Made by a program: the position numbers and the translations under genes
Notes under the pieces: model-generated
Told to the model about the DNA's origin: nothing
What the model saw: the letters and a program-made list of their open reading frames with translations, nothing else
Databases searched by the model: none
Shown here: one piece after another, positions 9,945 through 18,609 of the stretch
Position numbering within the stretch: the first letter of the stretch is position 1
How the letters are laid out: each line of letters begins with the position of its first letter
Assembly: GCA_024763555.1 (NCBI GenBank)
Contig: JANTFG010000003.1
Location: 1 to 43,129 of the forward strand
Direction of reading: 5' to 3'
DNA: 43,129 nucleotides
DNA from: Thermoanaerobaculales bacterium
GTDB taxonomy: Bacteria; Acidobacteriota; Thermoanaerobaculia; Thermoanaerobaculales; Sulfomarinibacteraceae

Positions 9945-10448
9945 ATGAAAATCGCATTCCTCGTTTGCGTAATGGTTTTAGGGTGGAGTGGGAGCATGGC
10001 AGAAGAGCAAGAAATCGGCATTATCGCCAGAACCTATGAAGACGGTTTTCCGCCCATCTTCAAGCTGGCGAATGAATTGCCCGACGGTCAGACACGTTGG
10101 ACACTTCCTTGGTTGGCCGCAATCACGTGGGAGTACGATGGATCCGCCAATAATGGCATGCCCACCGAAAGCGTCCTTGAACAAATGAAAGGTCTCGAAA
10201 ACGCGGTGGAAAAGACACTGGTTGCTTCTGGTTCCTGCCACTACGCCTATAGTCGGACAGGAAACGGGCTGAAGGTGCTCACGTACTACGTCGCGAACCA
10301 GGATCAATTCATGGAGGGTTTGAATTCAGCTCTTCGCGATCATCCCAGATACCCAATCGAGATGGAATTCTACGAAGACGCCGATTGGGAGGTGTTTCAG
10401 AAACTGTTGGAGCAGGTTCGAAAGGGTGAAGACAAATCAAATGCCTAA
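9945..10448 (+). CDS. DUF695 domain protein, signal peptide
   Basis: WEY..NNGMP..TGNG...YYV..D.DWE pattern. Confidence 0.75.
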   Translation: MKIAFLVCVMVLGWSGSMAEEQEIGIIARTYEDGFPPIFKLANELPDGQTRWTLPWLAAITWEYDGSANNGMPTESVLEQMKGLENAVEKTLVASGSCHYAYSRTGNGLKVLTYYVANQDQFMEGLNSALRDHPRYPIEMEFYEDADWEVFQKLLEQVRKGEDKSNA

Positions 10449-10688
10449 CGAACAAGAAAAGATCGTGAGAGCGAAGCGAGCCGCGATCTTATCCAGTTGT
10501 TGAAGGAGCCCGGGCGGTCTGACTGGGGCCCTGGATGTATAGCAAATGTCTTTCTTGGTTTCCGGTCGTCTCAAAGGCGGAGCGGGAGCCACGTTGCTCA
10601 CTCGGCGCGGAACCTGATGGAAATAGACTCAAGGAAACTCAAGCATGAAAAGCATTTATAGCCTAAGCGCGCGAATCATGCATTAGGC
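10443..10688 (+). repeat. Chimeric compound repeat (5' type A, 3' type B)
   Basis: A-type to ~10565, then B-type GCCACGTTGCTCACTC..; ends GCGAATCATGCA|TTAGGC. Confidence 0.85.
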
Positions 10689-10694
10689 AGTGAG

Positions 10695-11015
10695 ATGAAG
10701 AAATGGATCACAGGTTTGGTGGCAACATTGCCGCACATTGGCGTGGCAATGCTCCTGCTGATTGGCTCACGCGGGCATGACATACATGGGGGCATCTTCA
10801 GCGCACGGTTCTACGACACCGTCCTTGACTTTATCATCCCATGGGGATTCCTTAGTTGCATTTTTCTCTGCCACCTGATTGTCGGTGTGCTTGCCGTTCG
10901 CAAGGAATCCCTGCTCGGTGCCTGCGCAAGCGCGGGACTCATGGCCGTTGGCTACACCATCGCCGGATTCTTGTTCATGGTCTCAGCCCTCCCCGACAAT
11001 TGGTACATTGGATGA
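10695..11015 (+). CDS. Hypothetical membrane protein (3 TM)
   Basis: Hydrophobic ORF directly after the crossover. Confidence 0.7.
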   Translation: MKKWITGLVATLPHIGVAMLLLIGSRGHDIHGGIFSARFYDTVLDFIIPWGFLSCIFLCHLIVGVLAVRKESLLGACASAGLMAVGYTIAGFLFMVSALPDNWYIG

Positions 11016-11022
11016 AAGGACT

Positions 11023-11078
11023 GTCGAACCACGCACTGCACGGTACGGAGTACCGCCGCCCGTGAGTGCGGTCGAACC
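11023..11078 (+). other. Degenerate attC
   Basis: GTCGAAC..GCACTGCACGG / CCGTGAGTGC; R' is decayed. Confidence 0.5.
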
Positions 11079-11138
11079 CTGCGCTCGTCGTCGCGCTAGC
11101 CCCGACGCTGAGCAACAATGTGAGGAGCCAGACCCAAC

Positions 11139-11963
11139 ATGATCTTCCTCTACGGCGACACAGAATTCGAGTTGTTCGAGCCCACATTGACAGATGCGGA
11201 ACTCCAGGTCCTGATTGCCAACGCCTGCGATCTGCTTGAGACTCGGGGGGAAAAATGGGCTCACACGACGCTCTCTTCTGTTCCCTTCAGATTGAGCGTC
11301 GCCACAAATGACTTCGGGGATGACTTCAACGTCCTGCATGCATCGGTCTCGCTCAGTGAGTATGAGAGGCTTAGGAACACCCTGGCCATACCCGGAGGGA
11401 AACAGATATTTGGCCTTGTCGCGGACGTCCTGTCGGAGATTGGCCCATACGTTCGGTGCATTGCCTGCTATCTCGACACATCAGACCGTGTGCTCCCGGC
11501 AGAGCAGTCCGCAGATGAAGTCCTCGCGCAGTTCACTGCCTCTACCATTCGAGACCGCTGGCGCAAGGCGCTGGAAAGACAGCATGATGACCCGGAGGGT
11601 GCTATCACCATGGCGCGATCACTTCTCGAGTCGGTCCTGAAGCATGTGCTTGATCAACGAGGGGTGCAGTACGATCACCGCACAGATCTGCCCAAGCTCT
11701 ACAGGCTCGCAGCGAACGCGTTCCAACTCGCTCCGAGCCAGCATACCGAAGAGGTGTTCAGACAAATCCTGGGTGGATGTACCGCAGTGGTAGAAGGCCT
11801 GGGGACACTGAGAAACAGGCTCGGGGACGCACACGGAAAGGGCGCCAGAGCGGTGAAACCAGCGCGTCGCCATTCCCAATTGGCGGTCAATCTGGCCGGC
11901 ACAATGGCCACGTACCTGATCGAGACATTCGAGGAGCGGATGTCAGGTGGAGGCACCAAATGA
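11139..11963 (+). CDS. Abortive infection family protein (Abi_C domain)
   Basis: AITMARSLLESVLK..LRNRLGDAHGKG..LAVNLAG. Confidence 0.85.
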   Translation: MIFLYGDTEFELFEPTLTDAELQVLIANACDLLETRGEKWAHTTLSSVPFRLSVATNDFGDDFNVLHASVSLSEYERLRNTLAIPGGKQIFGLVADVLSEIGPYVRCIACYLDTSDRVLPAEQSADEVLAQFTASTIRDRWRKALERQHDDPEGAITMARSLLESVLKHVLDQRGVQYDHRTDLPKLYRLAANAFQLAPSQHTEEVFRQILGGCTAVVEGLGTLRNRLGDAHGKGARAVKPARRHSQLAVNLAGTMATYLIETFEERMSGGGTK

Positions 11964-12213
11964 ACAAGGATAGATCGTGAGAGCGAAGCGAGCCGCGATC
12001 TTATCCGGTTGTTGAACGAGCCCGGATGGCTTGGCGGGGTCCTGGATGTATAGGAAATAACTTTCGTGGATCCTTGGCCCGGCTCATGACCAATGCGCTC
12101 ATACTCCTTGCCTCGAGCCCGTATACCAACTATTATTTCCTGCGAAATGAAAGGTGCGGAAACTCAAGCATGAAAAGCATTTATAGCCAAACCGCGCGAA
12201 TCATGCTTTAGGC
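11955..12213 (+). repeat. Compound repeat type A
   Basis: Ends GCGAATCATGCT|TTAGGCC; the cassette ends with the complementary GGCCTAAT. Confidence 0.9.
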
Positions 12214-12235
12214 CAGCCCTGAACAAGTCATACCG

Positions 12236-12898
12236 ATGTCGAGGAAACGAAGTGCGTTGACACGAGCCAGCTGGATCCTGTGCGGTGGCGCACTTGCGTT
12301 CCTTTCGTGGTTGTTCGGCCTCGCCACATGTTTGGCGGAATCTGACTCTTGCACTTGGCTGCAACGCCACGCTTCATTGCTCTACCTCGCCATCACCGCA
12401 CTCACACTTGTTGCCTTCTATGCTCTTCACAAGCTGCCTTTCCTGAACCGTGACCGTGCTGCCTGGAGGACGCAGACCCTCCTCGCTCTCCTCGTGTTTC
12501 CTTGGTTTCTCGGACACTTCTGGTCCGGTCCATCTTTGTTCGGAGCAATCAACCGAGGTCGCCAGAAGTGGACGATGGCAGCAATGAGAGACATTTCGGA
12601 GGGAATTGAGCTGTATCGCAGCCAGCAAGGGGGATACCCCACCGCAAACAACGCCGAAGAGCTTCGCCGCGAACTCTCTGGACTGCAGGCCATCCCCCTC
12701 AGAGATGCCTGGGGCGAGCCCTGGCAGGTTAGCGCAACCGGGAGTGGTTACACTATCGTCAGCTACGGGAAGTGCGGAGAGGCCGATTTGCCAGGGGGCG
12801 GTGCATACGCTCCAGGATGCACAGCATCCTTCGACGCGGACATTGTCTTGGTCAACGGTCACTTCGTTTGCTGGCCAGAGGGAGTCCAATCAGACTAG
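12236..12898 (+). CDS. Membrane protein with GspG-like (pseudopilin) C-terminal domain
   Basis: IELY..GGYP..DAWGEP..SYG motif after 3 TM helices. Confidence 0.65.
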   Translation: MSRKRSALTRASWILCGGALAFLSWLFGLATCLAESDSCTWLQRHASLLYLAITALTLVAFYALHKLPFLNRDRAAWRTQTLLALLVFPWFLGHFWSGPSLFGAINRGRQKWTMAAMRDISEGIELYRSQQGGYPTANNAEELRRELSGLQAIPLRDAWGEPWQVSATGSGYTIVSYGKCGEADLPGGGAYAPGCTASFDADIVLVNGHFVCWPEGVQSD

Positions 12899-13009
12899 AG
12901 ATGCTGATCGGAAGGTCGCATTGTCGAACTACATGATGCTGACTCGTAGCCATCTATGGCCTAATACCCCGTTTAGGAGGGTAGCTGTCATTTTGCAATT
13001 CCAAATACG

Positions 13010-13113
13010 CCGCCACGATGCTCGCTCAACGTAGAACTTGATGCAGAGGAACTTCAAGGAAACTCAAGCATGAAAAGCATTTATAGCCTAACCGCGCGAA
13101 TCGTTCATTCGGC
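13010..13113 (+). repeat. 3' half of compound repeat type B
   Basis: Ends GCGAATCGTTCA|TTCGGCC; the cassette ends GGCCGAAC. Confidence 0.85.
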
Positions 13114-13123
13114 CCACATTCAC

Positions 13124-13152
13124 TTGCATCTTGGTATAACCGGAGTTATACT
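13124..13152 (+). promoter_or_regulatory. Sigma70 promoter with palindromic operator
   Basis: TTGCAT-17-TATACT overlapping GTATAAC-CGGA-GTTATAC; ATG lies 6 bp downstream. Confidence 0.8.
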
Positions 13153-13158
13153 CTAATC

Positions 13159-13395
13159 ATGAAAACAGCGATTTCCGTACCCGATCAAGTCTTCGAGGCA
13201 GCCGAGAATCTCGCGCACAGGCTCGGCATGAGCCGCAGCGAGCTCTATGCCACCGCTGTCTCGCGATTTCTTGAGCAGCACGACTCGTCCAAGATCACCG
13301 CGACGCTTGATGAGTTGTACGCCCTGCAACCGTCCGCACTCGATGAAGACCTTCAAGAATTGCAGGCTTGCTCTTTTCCTGAGGGCGACTGGTAG
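13159..13395 (+). CDS. RHH/CopG antitoxin
   Basis: MKTAISVPD..GMSRSELYATA. Confidence 0.9.
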   Translation: MKTAISVPDQVFEAAENLAHRLGMSRSELYATAVSRFLEQHDSSKITATLDELYALQPSALDEDLQELQACSFPEGDW

Positions 13396-13733
13396 TGCAA
13401 CGCGGTGAGGTCTGGTGGGCAGCGCTTCGGAAACCCAGGGCTTCAGAGCCTGGCTCCCGTCGACCAGTAGTCATTGTCCAGTCGGACGCCTTCAACTCAA
13501 GTCGAATCGAGACAGTGGTAGCCGCAATCATCAGTTCAAACCTCGACTTAGCGAAGGCTCCAGGCAACGTCCTGGTAAAGGCGTCGCGATCCTGCCTCCC
13601 AAAGAACTCGGTTATCAACGTCTCGCAGCTCATTACCGTCAACAAATCATTTCTCCTCGAGCACATCGGCTCGTTGTCAAGGCAGCAACTCAAGGCAATG
13701 GATGAGGGTCTCCGACTGGTCCTATCCCTCTGA
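13395..13733 (+). CDS. mazF: PemK/MazF toxin
   Basis: RGEVWW..GSRRPVVIVQSD.FN..NVSQLITV. Confidence 0.93.
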   Translation: MQRGEVWWAALRKPRASEPGSRRPVVIVQSDAFNSSRIETVVAAIISSNLDLAKAPGNVLVKASRSCLPKNSVINVSQLITVNKSFLLEHIGSLSRQQLKAMDEGLRLVLSL

Positions 13734-13788
13734 CCACTACATGCCTGAGTTCAACTATGAAGTGTGACAGAACGCCAAACCAAAACCG

Positions 13789-14130
13789 GCCGAACGAGCA
13801 AGGATAGATTGTGTGAGTCCGCGAACCACAATCTTATCCAGTTGTTGAACGAGCCCGGGCGGTCTTCCGAGGAATTACCATCCTTTCTCGTCTTCTGTCT
13901 TCTCCCCTCACGCCTCACTCCTTACTCTTCACTCCACACCGGACGAATGCCCGGCGGGGCTATAGGAAATAACTTCCGTGGATCCCTGTCCTGACTCATG
14001 ACCAAAGCGCTCATACTCACCCCCTTGCATGGCGCCCGCATACCAACTATAATTTCCTGCGAAATGAAAGGTTCGGAAACTCAAGCATGAAAAGCCTTTA
14101 TAGCCCAACCGCGCGAATCATGGATTAGGC
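13789..14130 (+). repeat. Compound repeat type A with a pyrimidine-rich insert
   Basis: attC-A, insert at ~13866-13960, then leader; ends GCGAATCATGGA|TTAGGC. Confidence 0.85.
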
Positions 14131-14151
14131 GGCGACCCCAAGAAACACTGC

Positions 14152-14535
14152 ATGACCAGCCTTGAAATCGAAAAACGCATCGGTCTGTCGACCGGGAAGT
14201 CGTGCCGGTTGATACCGATTAGACGGGATCTGATCCCGAACTACTATGTCTTGGTGTTCCCGAAGGAGCACGGAGAACCCAGGCCGGAAGAGGTTACCGA
14301 AATGCTCCAGCTGGGGATCGACTACGCGCAACAGCTCGCATCCGAAGTTCTGGGAGATTCCGAGGCGTTCACCATTCTGTATAGCGGCTACAGCGCTCGA
14401 CGTGAATCGGGATGGCATGTTCACATAGTCCTGCTAGGAAATCGTTGGCGAAAGGCCTGGTTGTATTCGGTCTTGGCTGGGAAAAACCTCCTGCAGGCCG
14501 TTGGAATCCGGAAAGACGATGCGCCCCGAATATGA
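14152..14535 (+). CDS. Hypothetical HIT-like protein
   Basis: WHVHIV motif resembles a histidine triad. Confidence 0.55.
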   Translation: MTSLEIEKRIGLSTGKSCRLIPIRRDLIPNYYVLVFPKEHGEPRPEEVTEMLQLGIDYAQQLASEVLGDSEAFTILYSGYSARRESGWHVHIVLLGNRWRKAWLYSVLAGKNLLQAVGIRKDDAPRI

Positions 14536-15164
14536 TAAATCTTGACCGATGGCTGAATCTCATGAGCGCTTGGTACTTTCCAAGGTGCGAAAACACCTAT
14601 ACCCATCTTGTGGCGGCCTACTCTGAAAAGCACCGCCGATACCACAATCTCGACCATATCGACGAGTGTCTCAACCACCTCGATTGTGTATCCGATCTTC
14701 CTGATTGTCCCGATGAGATTGAAATGGCCCTTTGGTTCCATGACGCGGTTTACGTTCCCCACCGTTCCGATAACGAGTTCAAAAGTGCTGTATGGGCCGA
14801 GAAATTTCTGGTTGCGAATGGCGCCCCGGCAGCGGCAATCAAACGTGTCTACGACCTGATCATGGCGACACTGCACAGTTCGGATGCCGAAACGAGAGAT
14901 CAATCATTCATTGTGGACATTGACTTGGCGATTCTGGGGACCGATCCCGACCGGTATAGAAGATTCGAAACTGGGGTTCGAGAAGAATACAAGTGGGTTC
15001 CTTGGATGATCTATCGGCGGAAACGTGCCGATATCCTGGCGGGTTTTCTCGAAAGGCCAAGAATCTATCAGAACGGATGCTTTCAAGATCGGTTCGAATC
15101 ACAGGCGAGAGCGAACCTGAGTGCCGCGATCGAGGCATTGCATGATTCTCAATCGACAGACTGA
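14532..15164 (+). CDS. HD-superfamily metal-dependent phosphohydrolase
   Basis: HRRYHNLDH..WFHDAVY..NE..DIDLAIL..VREEY; ATGA overlap with the upstream gene. Confidence 0.9.
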   Translation: MINLDRWLNLMSAWYFPRCENTYTHLVAAYSEKHRRYHNLDHIDECLNHLDCVSDLPDCPDEIEMALWFHDAVYVPHRSDNEFKSAVWAEKFLVANGAPAAAIKRVYDLIMATLHSSDAETRDQSFIVDIDLAILGTDPDRYRRFETGVREEYKWVPWMIYRRKRADILAGFLERPRIYQNGCFQDRFESQARANLSAAIEALHDSQSTD

Positions 15165-15496
15165 ATTGGAGTGGATTTGGCCCCGGCGGGGCTGTTGTCT
15201 CTGAAAGATGGACAAACGATGTCTTTGGAAGCTGGTACCCCATTGACCTAGTGTTTTCCTGGGGAATTGAGCCGCGTTTGGTGTTGAGTGGAGCGAAGAT
15301 TGGGCCGAAGCTCTCCGTCCGTCGACTGTCCAGTGATTCATTGACTCCCCCGGTACGTTCTTCCTTTTCATCATGCAATCACCAATGTTGCCAATCCCGC
15401 CGCGTTGTGTTCGATTGGGTATCAGTACTCCACACGGTAAGCAGACCTCAAAACCCAGAGGGGACAACGGTTCAAGCAGGTAAATAGAATCGGCTG

Positions 15497-15605
15497 AAAC
15501 GGTGCCATGTTGCTCACTCAGGGCAGAACTTGATGCAAAGGAACCTCAAGGAAACCCAAGCATGAAAAGCATTTATAGCCAAACTGCGCGAATAATGTAT
15601 TAGGT
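15497..15605 (+). repeat. 3' half of compound repeat type B
   Basis: Ends GCGAATAATGTA|TTAGGTGC; the cassette ends GCACCTAAC. Confidence 0.85.
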
Positions 15606-15624
15606 GCGTCCAGGGCACTGAAAA

Positions 15625-16125
15625 ATGAAGAAGAAACGAATTCTGATCCCACTGGCGATCGTCATCGGCCTGCAACTTGGGCTCTGGATCACTGTGGGAA
15701 AAGACGGCCCCCTTTCATCGGTGCCCAAAATGATCGCCATGGATATTGAGGAGGCTCGGCAGCACTACGAAACGAGAGGCAGCCAACAGCACGAAAACGC
15801 CGCGCCTGAGACCTTGGTTCTCTGCCCGGATCTCGACCAGACACTCGGCTCTGAAGGCGTGGCAAGGCTCCAGGGGATGATGCAGCCGCTTGGCAAGTCG
15901 GTGATTCGCGAGGTCGATGCCCCAAGTGACTGGATTGCTGACAACACCACAAAACCAGGATTCACCAAACTGTGTGCCGAAATCGCTTGGCAAACACCGA
16001 TCGTCGCGCAAGTGGCGGTTGTTTACTGGAACGGGCCTCTTGATGCTGGTGGAGAGGGCCACCGTGCCTGGTTTCTCTTCGGATTCTGGGTTCCGTCAGG
16101 CGCAAACTCAGCATGGGTATCATGA
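15625..16125 (+). CDS. Hypothetical exported protein
   Basis: MKKKR followed by a hydrophobic helix. Confidence 0.65.
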   Translation: MKKKRILIPLAIVIGLQLGLWITVGKDGPLSSVPKMIAMDIEEARQHYETRGSQQHENAAPETLVLCPDLDQTLGSEGVARLQGMMQPLGKSVIREVDAPSDWIADNTTKPGFTKLCAEIAWQTPIVAQVAVVYWNGPLDAGGEGHRAWFLFGFWVPSGANSAWVS

Positions 16126-16170
16126 GGCACCTAACACGTCCGCTGAACTCCAGTGGTTCGGTGAGATAGC

Positions 16171-16548
16171 GTGGATACCAGCCGTCTCATTTTGGCGATT
16201 ATCCTTCTGCTTCTTGCAGGTTACATCGTCGCAATGAATTGGGGTTGCGTTGCTGCCAGCATCCGAAACAAGAAGCGCGGGATTGATCGGCATCCTTCGA
16301 CTGTTCCGATCGTCTCCTTCATCCTTGTAGCTCTGGCCCATCTGGTTTATCCCCGACCCGAAAAGAACTGGATGATCGTCATACCCCTTGTTGACATCGG
16401 GAACTGGAGCCTTCTGTGGCTTCCGAATGGGTTGATCCAAGAGTGGAGAAAGAGAAAGAGAACCGAAGCAGGCGCTCCACCGAATGACGGCCCCGCATTG
16501 CCAATTGATAGTTCGAGCGTCACCGAGGGGCCGCCATCAGTGCGCTGA
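16171..16548 (+). CDS. Hypothetical membrane protein reading through a degenerate attC
   Basis: TM helices; the 3' end overlaps the GGCCCC..GGGGCC attC-like hairpin at ~16461-16558. Confidence 0.6.
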   Translation: MDTSRLILAIILLLLAGYIVAMNWGCVAASIRNKKRGIDRHPSTVPIVSFILVALAHLVYPRPEKNWMIVIPLVDIGNWSLLWLPNGLIQEWRKRKRTEAGAPPNDGPALPIDSSSVTEGPPSVR

Positions 16549-16576
16549 ATCGCCCGGTCCGAAAAAGGCACACCTT

Positions 16577-16945
16577 TTGAAAACTCCGAAACACTTCCGA
16601 TACGCAATCTCAGATGGATCAATCCACAAGATTGAGACCGCTACAGGGGAAGTACGTGCCCGGTGGATGCCAATCGGAACTGTGGTGGTCGAGGTGATCG
16701 AGCTGAATGGCAGGTTGATCGTCCGCGAGGACTACTACCAATTCCCGCCAGAGGCGTCGAACTTGTACTGCCTCGATTTCGACCTGAATCTTGTCTGGTT
16801 CGCTGAGAGAACCTCCCCCACAGACGCATACGCGAATCCGATATTCCTTGAAGACGGGGAAATCGTATGCGCGTCATGGGAGGGTGAAACAGCCACTATC
16901 GATCCAAATACTGGCCGAGTCATCAAGGGAATCTTCACGAGATGA
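16577..16945 (+). CDS. Hypothetical protein (start uncertain)
   Basis: Beta-rich ORF (SNLYCLD..LVWFAE). Confidence 0.55.
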   Translation: MKTPKHFRYAISDGSIHKIETATGEVRARWMPIGTVVVEVIELNGRLIVREDYYQFPPEASNLYCLDFDLNLVWFAERTSPTDAYANPIFLEDGEIVCASWEGETATIDPNTGRVIKGIFTR

Positions 16946-16953
16946 CACTAGGT

Positions 16954-17051
16954 GCATGATATCATGGTAGTTGGAGGGAGACAAAAATATGACGCCTATT
17001 ACCCTGCTGTGTTACAGCGCGTCACTTCGGACGTATAATTAGTAGTTCGGC
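16954..17051 (+). repeat. Second copy of the attI/promoter region
   Basis: Homologous to 715-811, with identical GTCACTTCGGACGTATAATTAGTAGTTCG. Confidence 0.9.
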
Positions 17052-17082
17052 TAGATAAGCCACATCGAACAAAGGTGAAAAC

Positions 17083-17307
17083 ATGAACACAAAACAACTT
17101 ATCGATGAAGCGGTATCACTTCCGGTGGAAGAACGGGCCTTGGTGGTGGATTCGCTGTTGCGGAGCCTGAACCATCCAGAATCAGAGATAGACAAGATAT
17201 GGGCTAAAGAAGCACAGAGGCGCCTTGAGGAACTCAGGTCTGGTCGAGTTAAGGCAATTCCAGGAGAAGAGGTATTTAATAAGGTATGGAAAAAGTTCGA
17301 AAAATGA
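17083..17307 (+). CDS. Addiction-module antitoxin (TIGR02574-like)
   Basis: LPVEERALVVDSLLRSL..WAKEAQRR..G.V..IPGEEV. Confidence 0.9.
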   Translation: MNTKQLIDEAVSLPVEERALVVDSLLRSLNHPESEIDKIWAKEAQRRLEELRSGRVKAIPGEEVFNKVWKKFEK

Positions 17308-17594
17308 GCTTTTCCTTTCATCCAGAAGCAGAAGAAGAACTCAATGAGTCAATAGATTATTACGAGGACGTTGAGACAGGGTTGGGGTATGACTTCGCCC
17401 TGGAAGTTCATTCAACAATCAGTCGGTCAGTCGATTTTCCAAAGACATGGGCTGTTCTTGAAGGCAATGTCAGGAGGTCTTTGGTAAGACGATTCCCGTA
17501 TGGTGTTCTGTATTCAGAAGAGAAAGACGGAATATTCATTGTGGCGATTATGCATCTTCACCGCAAACCAGGTTATTGGAAACACAGAAGATAA
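17304..17594 (+). CDS. RelE/ParE toxin
   Basis: FHPEAEEEL..RRFPYGVLY..HLHRKPGYW. Confidence 0.92.
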   Translation: MSFSFHPEAEEELNESIDYYEDVETGLGYDFALEVHSTISRSVDFPKTWAVLEGNVRRSLVRRFPYGVLYSEEKDGIFIVAIMHLHRKPGYWKHRR

Positions 17595-17597
17595 GAA

Positions 17598-17710
17598 GCC
17601 GAACAAACAAGGGTAGATCGTGAGAGCGAAGCGAGCCGCGATCTTATCCGGTCGTTGAAAGAGCCCGGGCGGTTTGAGTAGCTGAGAGGGTATGCCCGCG
17701 AACATTCGGC
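17598..17710 (+). repeat. attC-A with shortened leader
   Basis: attC-A + GAGCCCGGGCGG, ends GCGAACA|TTCGGC; the cassette ends GCCGAAT. Confidence 0.75.
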
Positions 17711-17738
17711 CCTACCGCATAGCCTTTTGCGGATCATC

Positions 17739-17767
17739 TTGACGTACTTCTAAAGGTACTTTAAATT
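17739..17767 (+). promoter_or_regulatory. TA promoter
   Basis: TTGACG-17-TAAATT with GTAC-N8-GTAC operator-like motif. Confidence 0.7.
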
Positions 17768-17785
17768 GATGTATGGGAGAGCGTC

Positions 17786-18067
17786 ATGACTAGAATCCCG
17801 GAGATAGTCCCTGTTTCTGATCTTCGCCAGGAAGCTGCTGCCGTGCTCAAGAAACTACACGAAAGCAACGACCCTGTGGTTGTCACTCAACGCGGTCGGG
17901 CGGCGGCTGTAATCCTGAGCGTGGAAGAGTACGAGCGAAAGGAACGTGACCTGGAGATCCTACGGTTGTTGGCTCGGGGGGAAAAAGAGATCGCGAGTGG
18001 GCGAGGATTTGACCTGGACGACGTGATGTCGGAAGCGGCAGCATTATTGGCGGAATCAGACGAGTGA
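17786..18067 (+). CDS. Phd/YefM antitoxin
   Basis: VSDLR..PVVVTQRGRAAAVILS. Confidence 0.92.
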   Translation: MTRIPEIVPVSDLRQEAAAVLKKLHESNDPVVVTQRGRAAAVILSVEEYERKERDLEILRLLARGEKEIASGRGFDLDDVMSEAAALLAESDE

Positions 18068-18357
18068 AAGTACGTTTCACACCTGCGGCACGGCTCGAGT
18101 TCCTCGAAGCTATCGCTTACATTAGACGTGACAAACCTGGCGCGGCCTCGAAGTTCCAACGCAAGGCGCACGAAAAGTTGAAGCGGCTGTTGAGCTTTCC
18201 GGATTCTGGCAGGCGAATACCCGAATTCATCGATATCCCGTACCGCGAGCTGCTCGTCCATCCATATCGGTTCTTCTATCGAGTCCAAGGGGATGTCGTG
18301 TGGATTGTGGCGGTTTGGCATGACGCGCAGTTGGTCGATGAACCGCCAGGTTCATAA
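18064..18357 (+). CDS. RelE/ParE toxin
   Basis: FPDSGRRIPE..RELLVHPYRFFYR. Confidence 0.92.
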   Translation: MKVRFTPAARLEFLEAIAYIRRDKPGAASKFQRKAHEKLKRLLSFPDSGRRIPEFIDIPYRELLVHPYRFFYRVQGDVVWIVAVWHDAQLVDEPPGS

Positions 18358-18382
18358 AACTAGAAAACACAAGATATAACCT

Positions 18383-18589
18383 GCCGAATGACTATGGGTT
18401 GGTGTCGCGTGAAACCTCGACATCACCTGGTGTTGAACCAACCCGGAAAGGCCTCTTGGGGAATCAAAGAGAACTGAGCGAGCGGGTGCCACGATGCTCA
18501 CTCAACGTAGAACTTAATGGAAATCAATCTCAAGGAAACTCAAGCATGAAAAGCCTTTATAGCCTAACCGCGCGAATCGTTCATTAGGC
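18383..18589 (+). repeat. Compound repeat type B
   Basis: Ends GCGAATCGTTCA|TTAGGC. Confidence 0.9.
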
Positions 18590-18609
18590 CAATCCCTCCG
18601 CCCATCATC

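Noticed and set aside
12026-12211. Plus-strand ORFs inside the repeats (also 13764, 18399, 19577)
   Set aside because: Starts and frames differ between copies; these are by-products of the repeat.
15165-15495. Possible extra cassette genes here and at 7207-7520
   Set aside because: Only short ORFs without an RBS or motifs; possibly decayed cassettes, but not supportable.
15582-15610. Xer dif/pdif site resemblance of the module end and of ACTTCGGACGTATAA
   Set aside because: The spacing is AA-N7-TT (integron-like) rather than 6 bp. There is no conserved XerD arm TTATGTTAAAT, and the right arm varies with each cassette.
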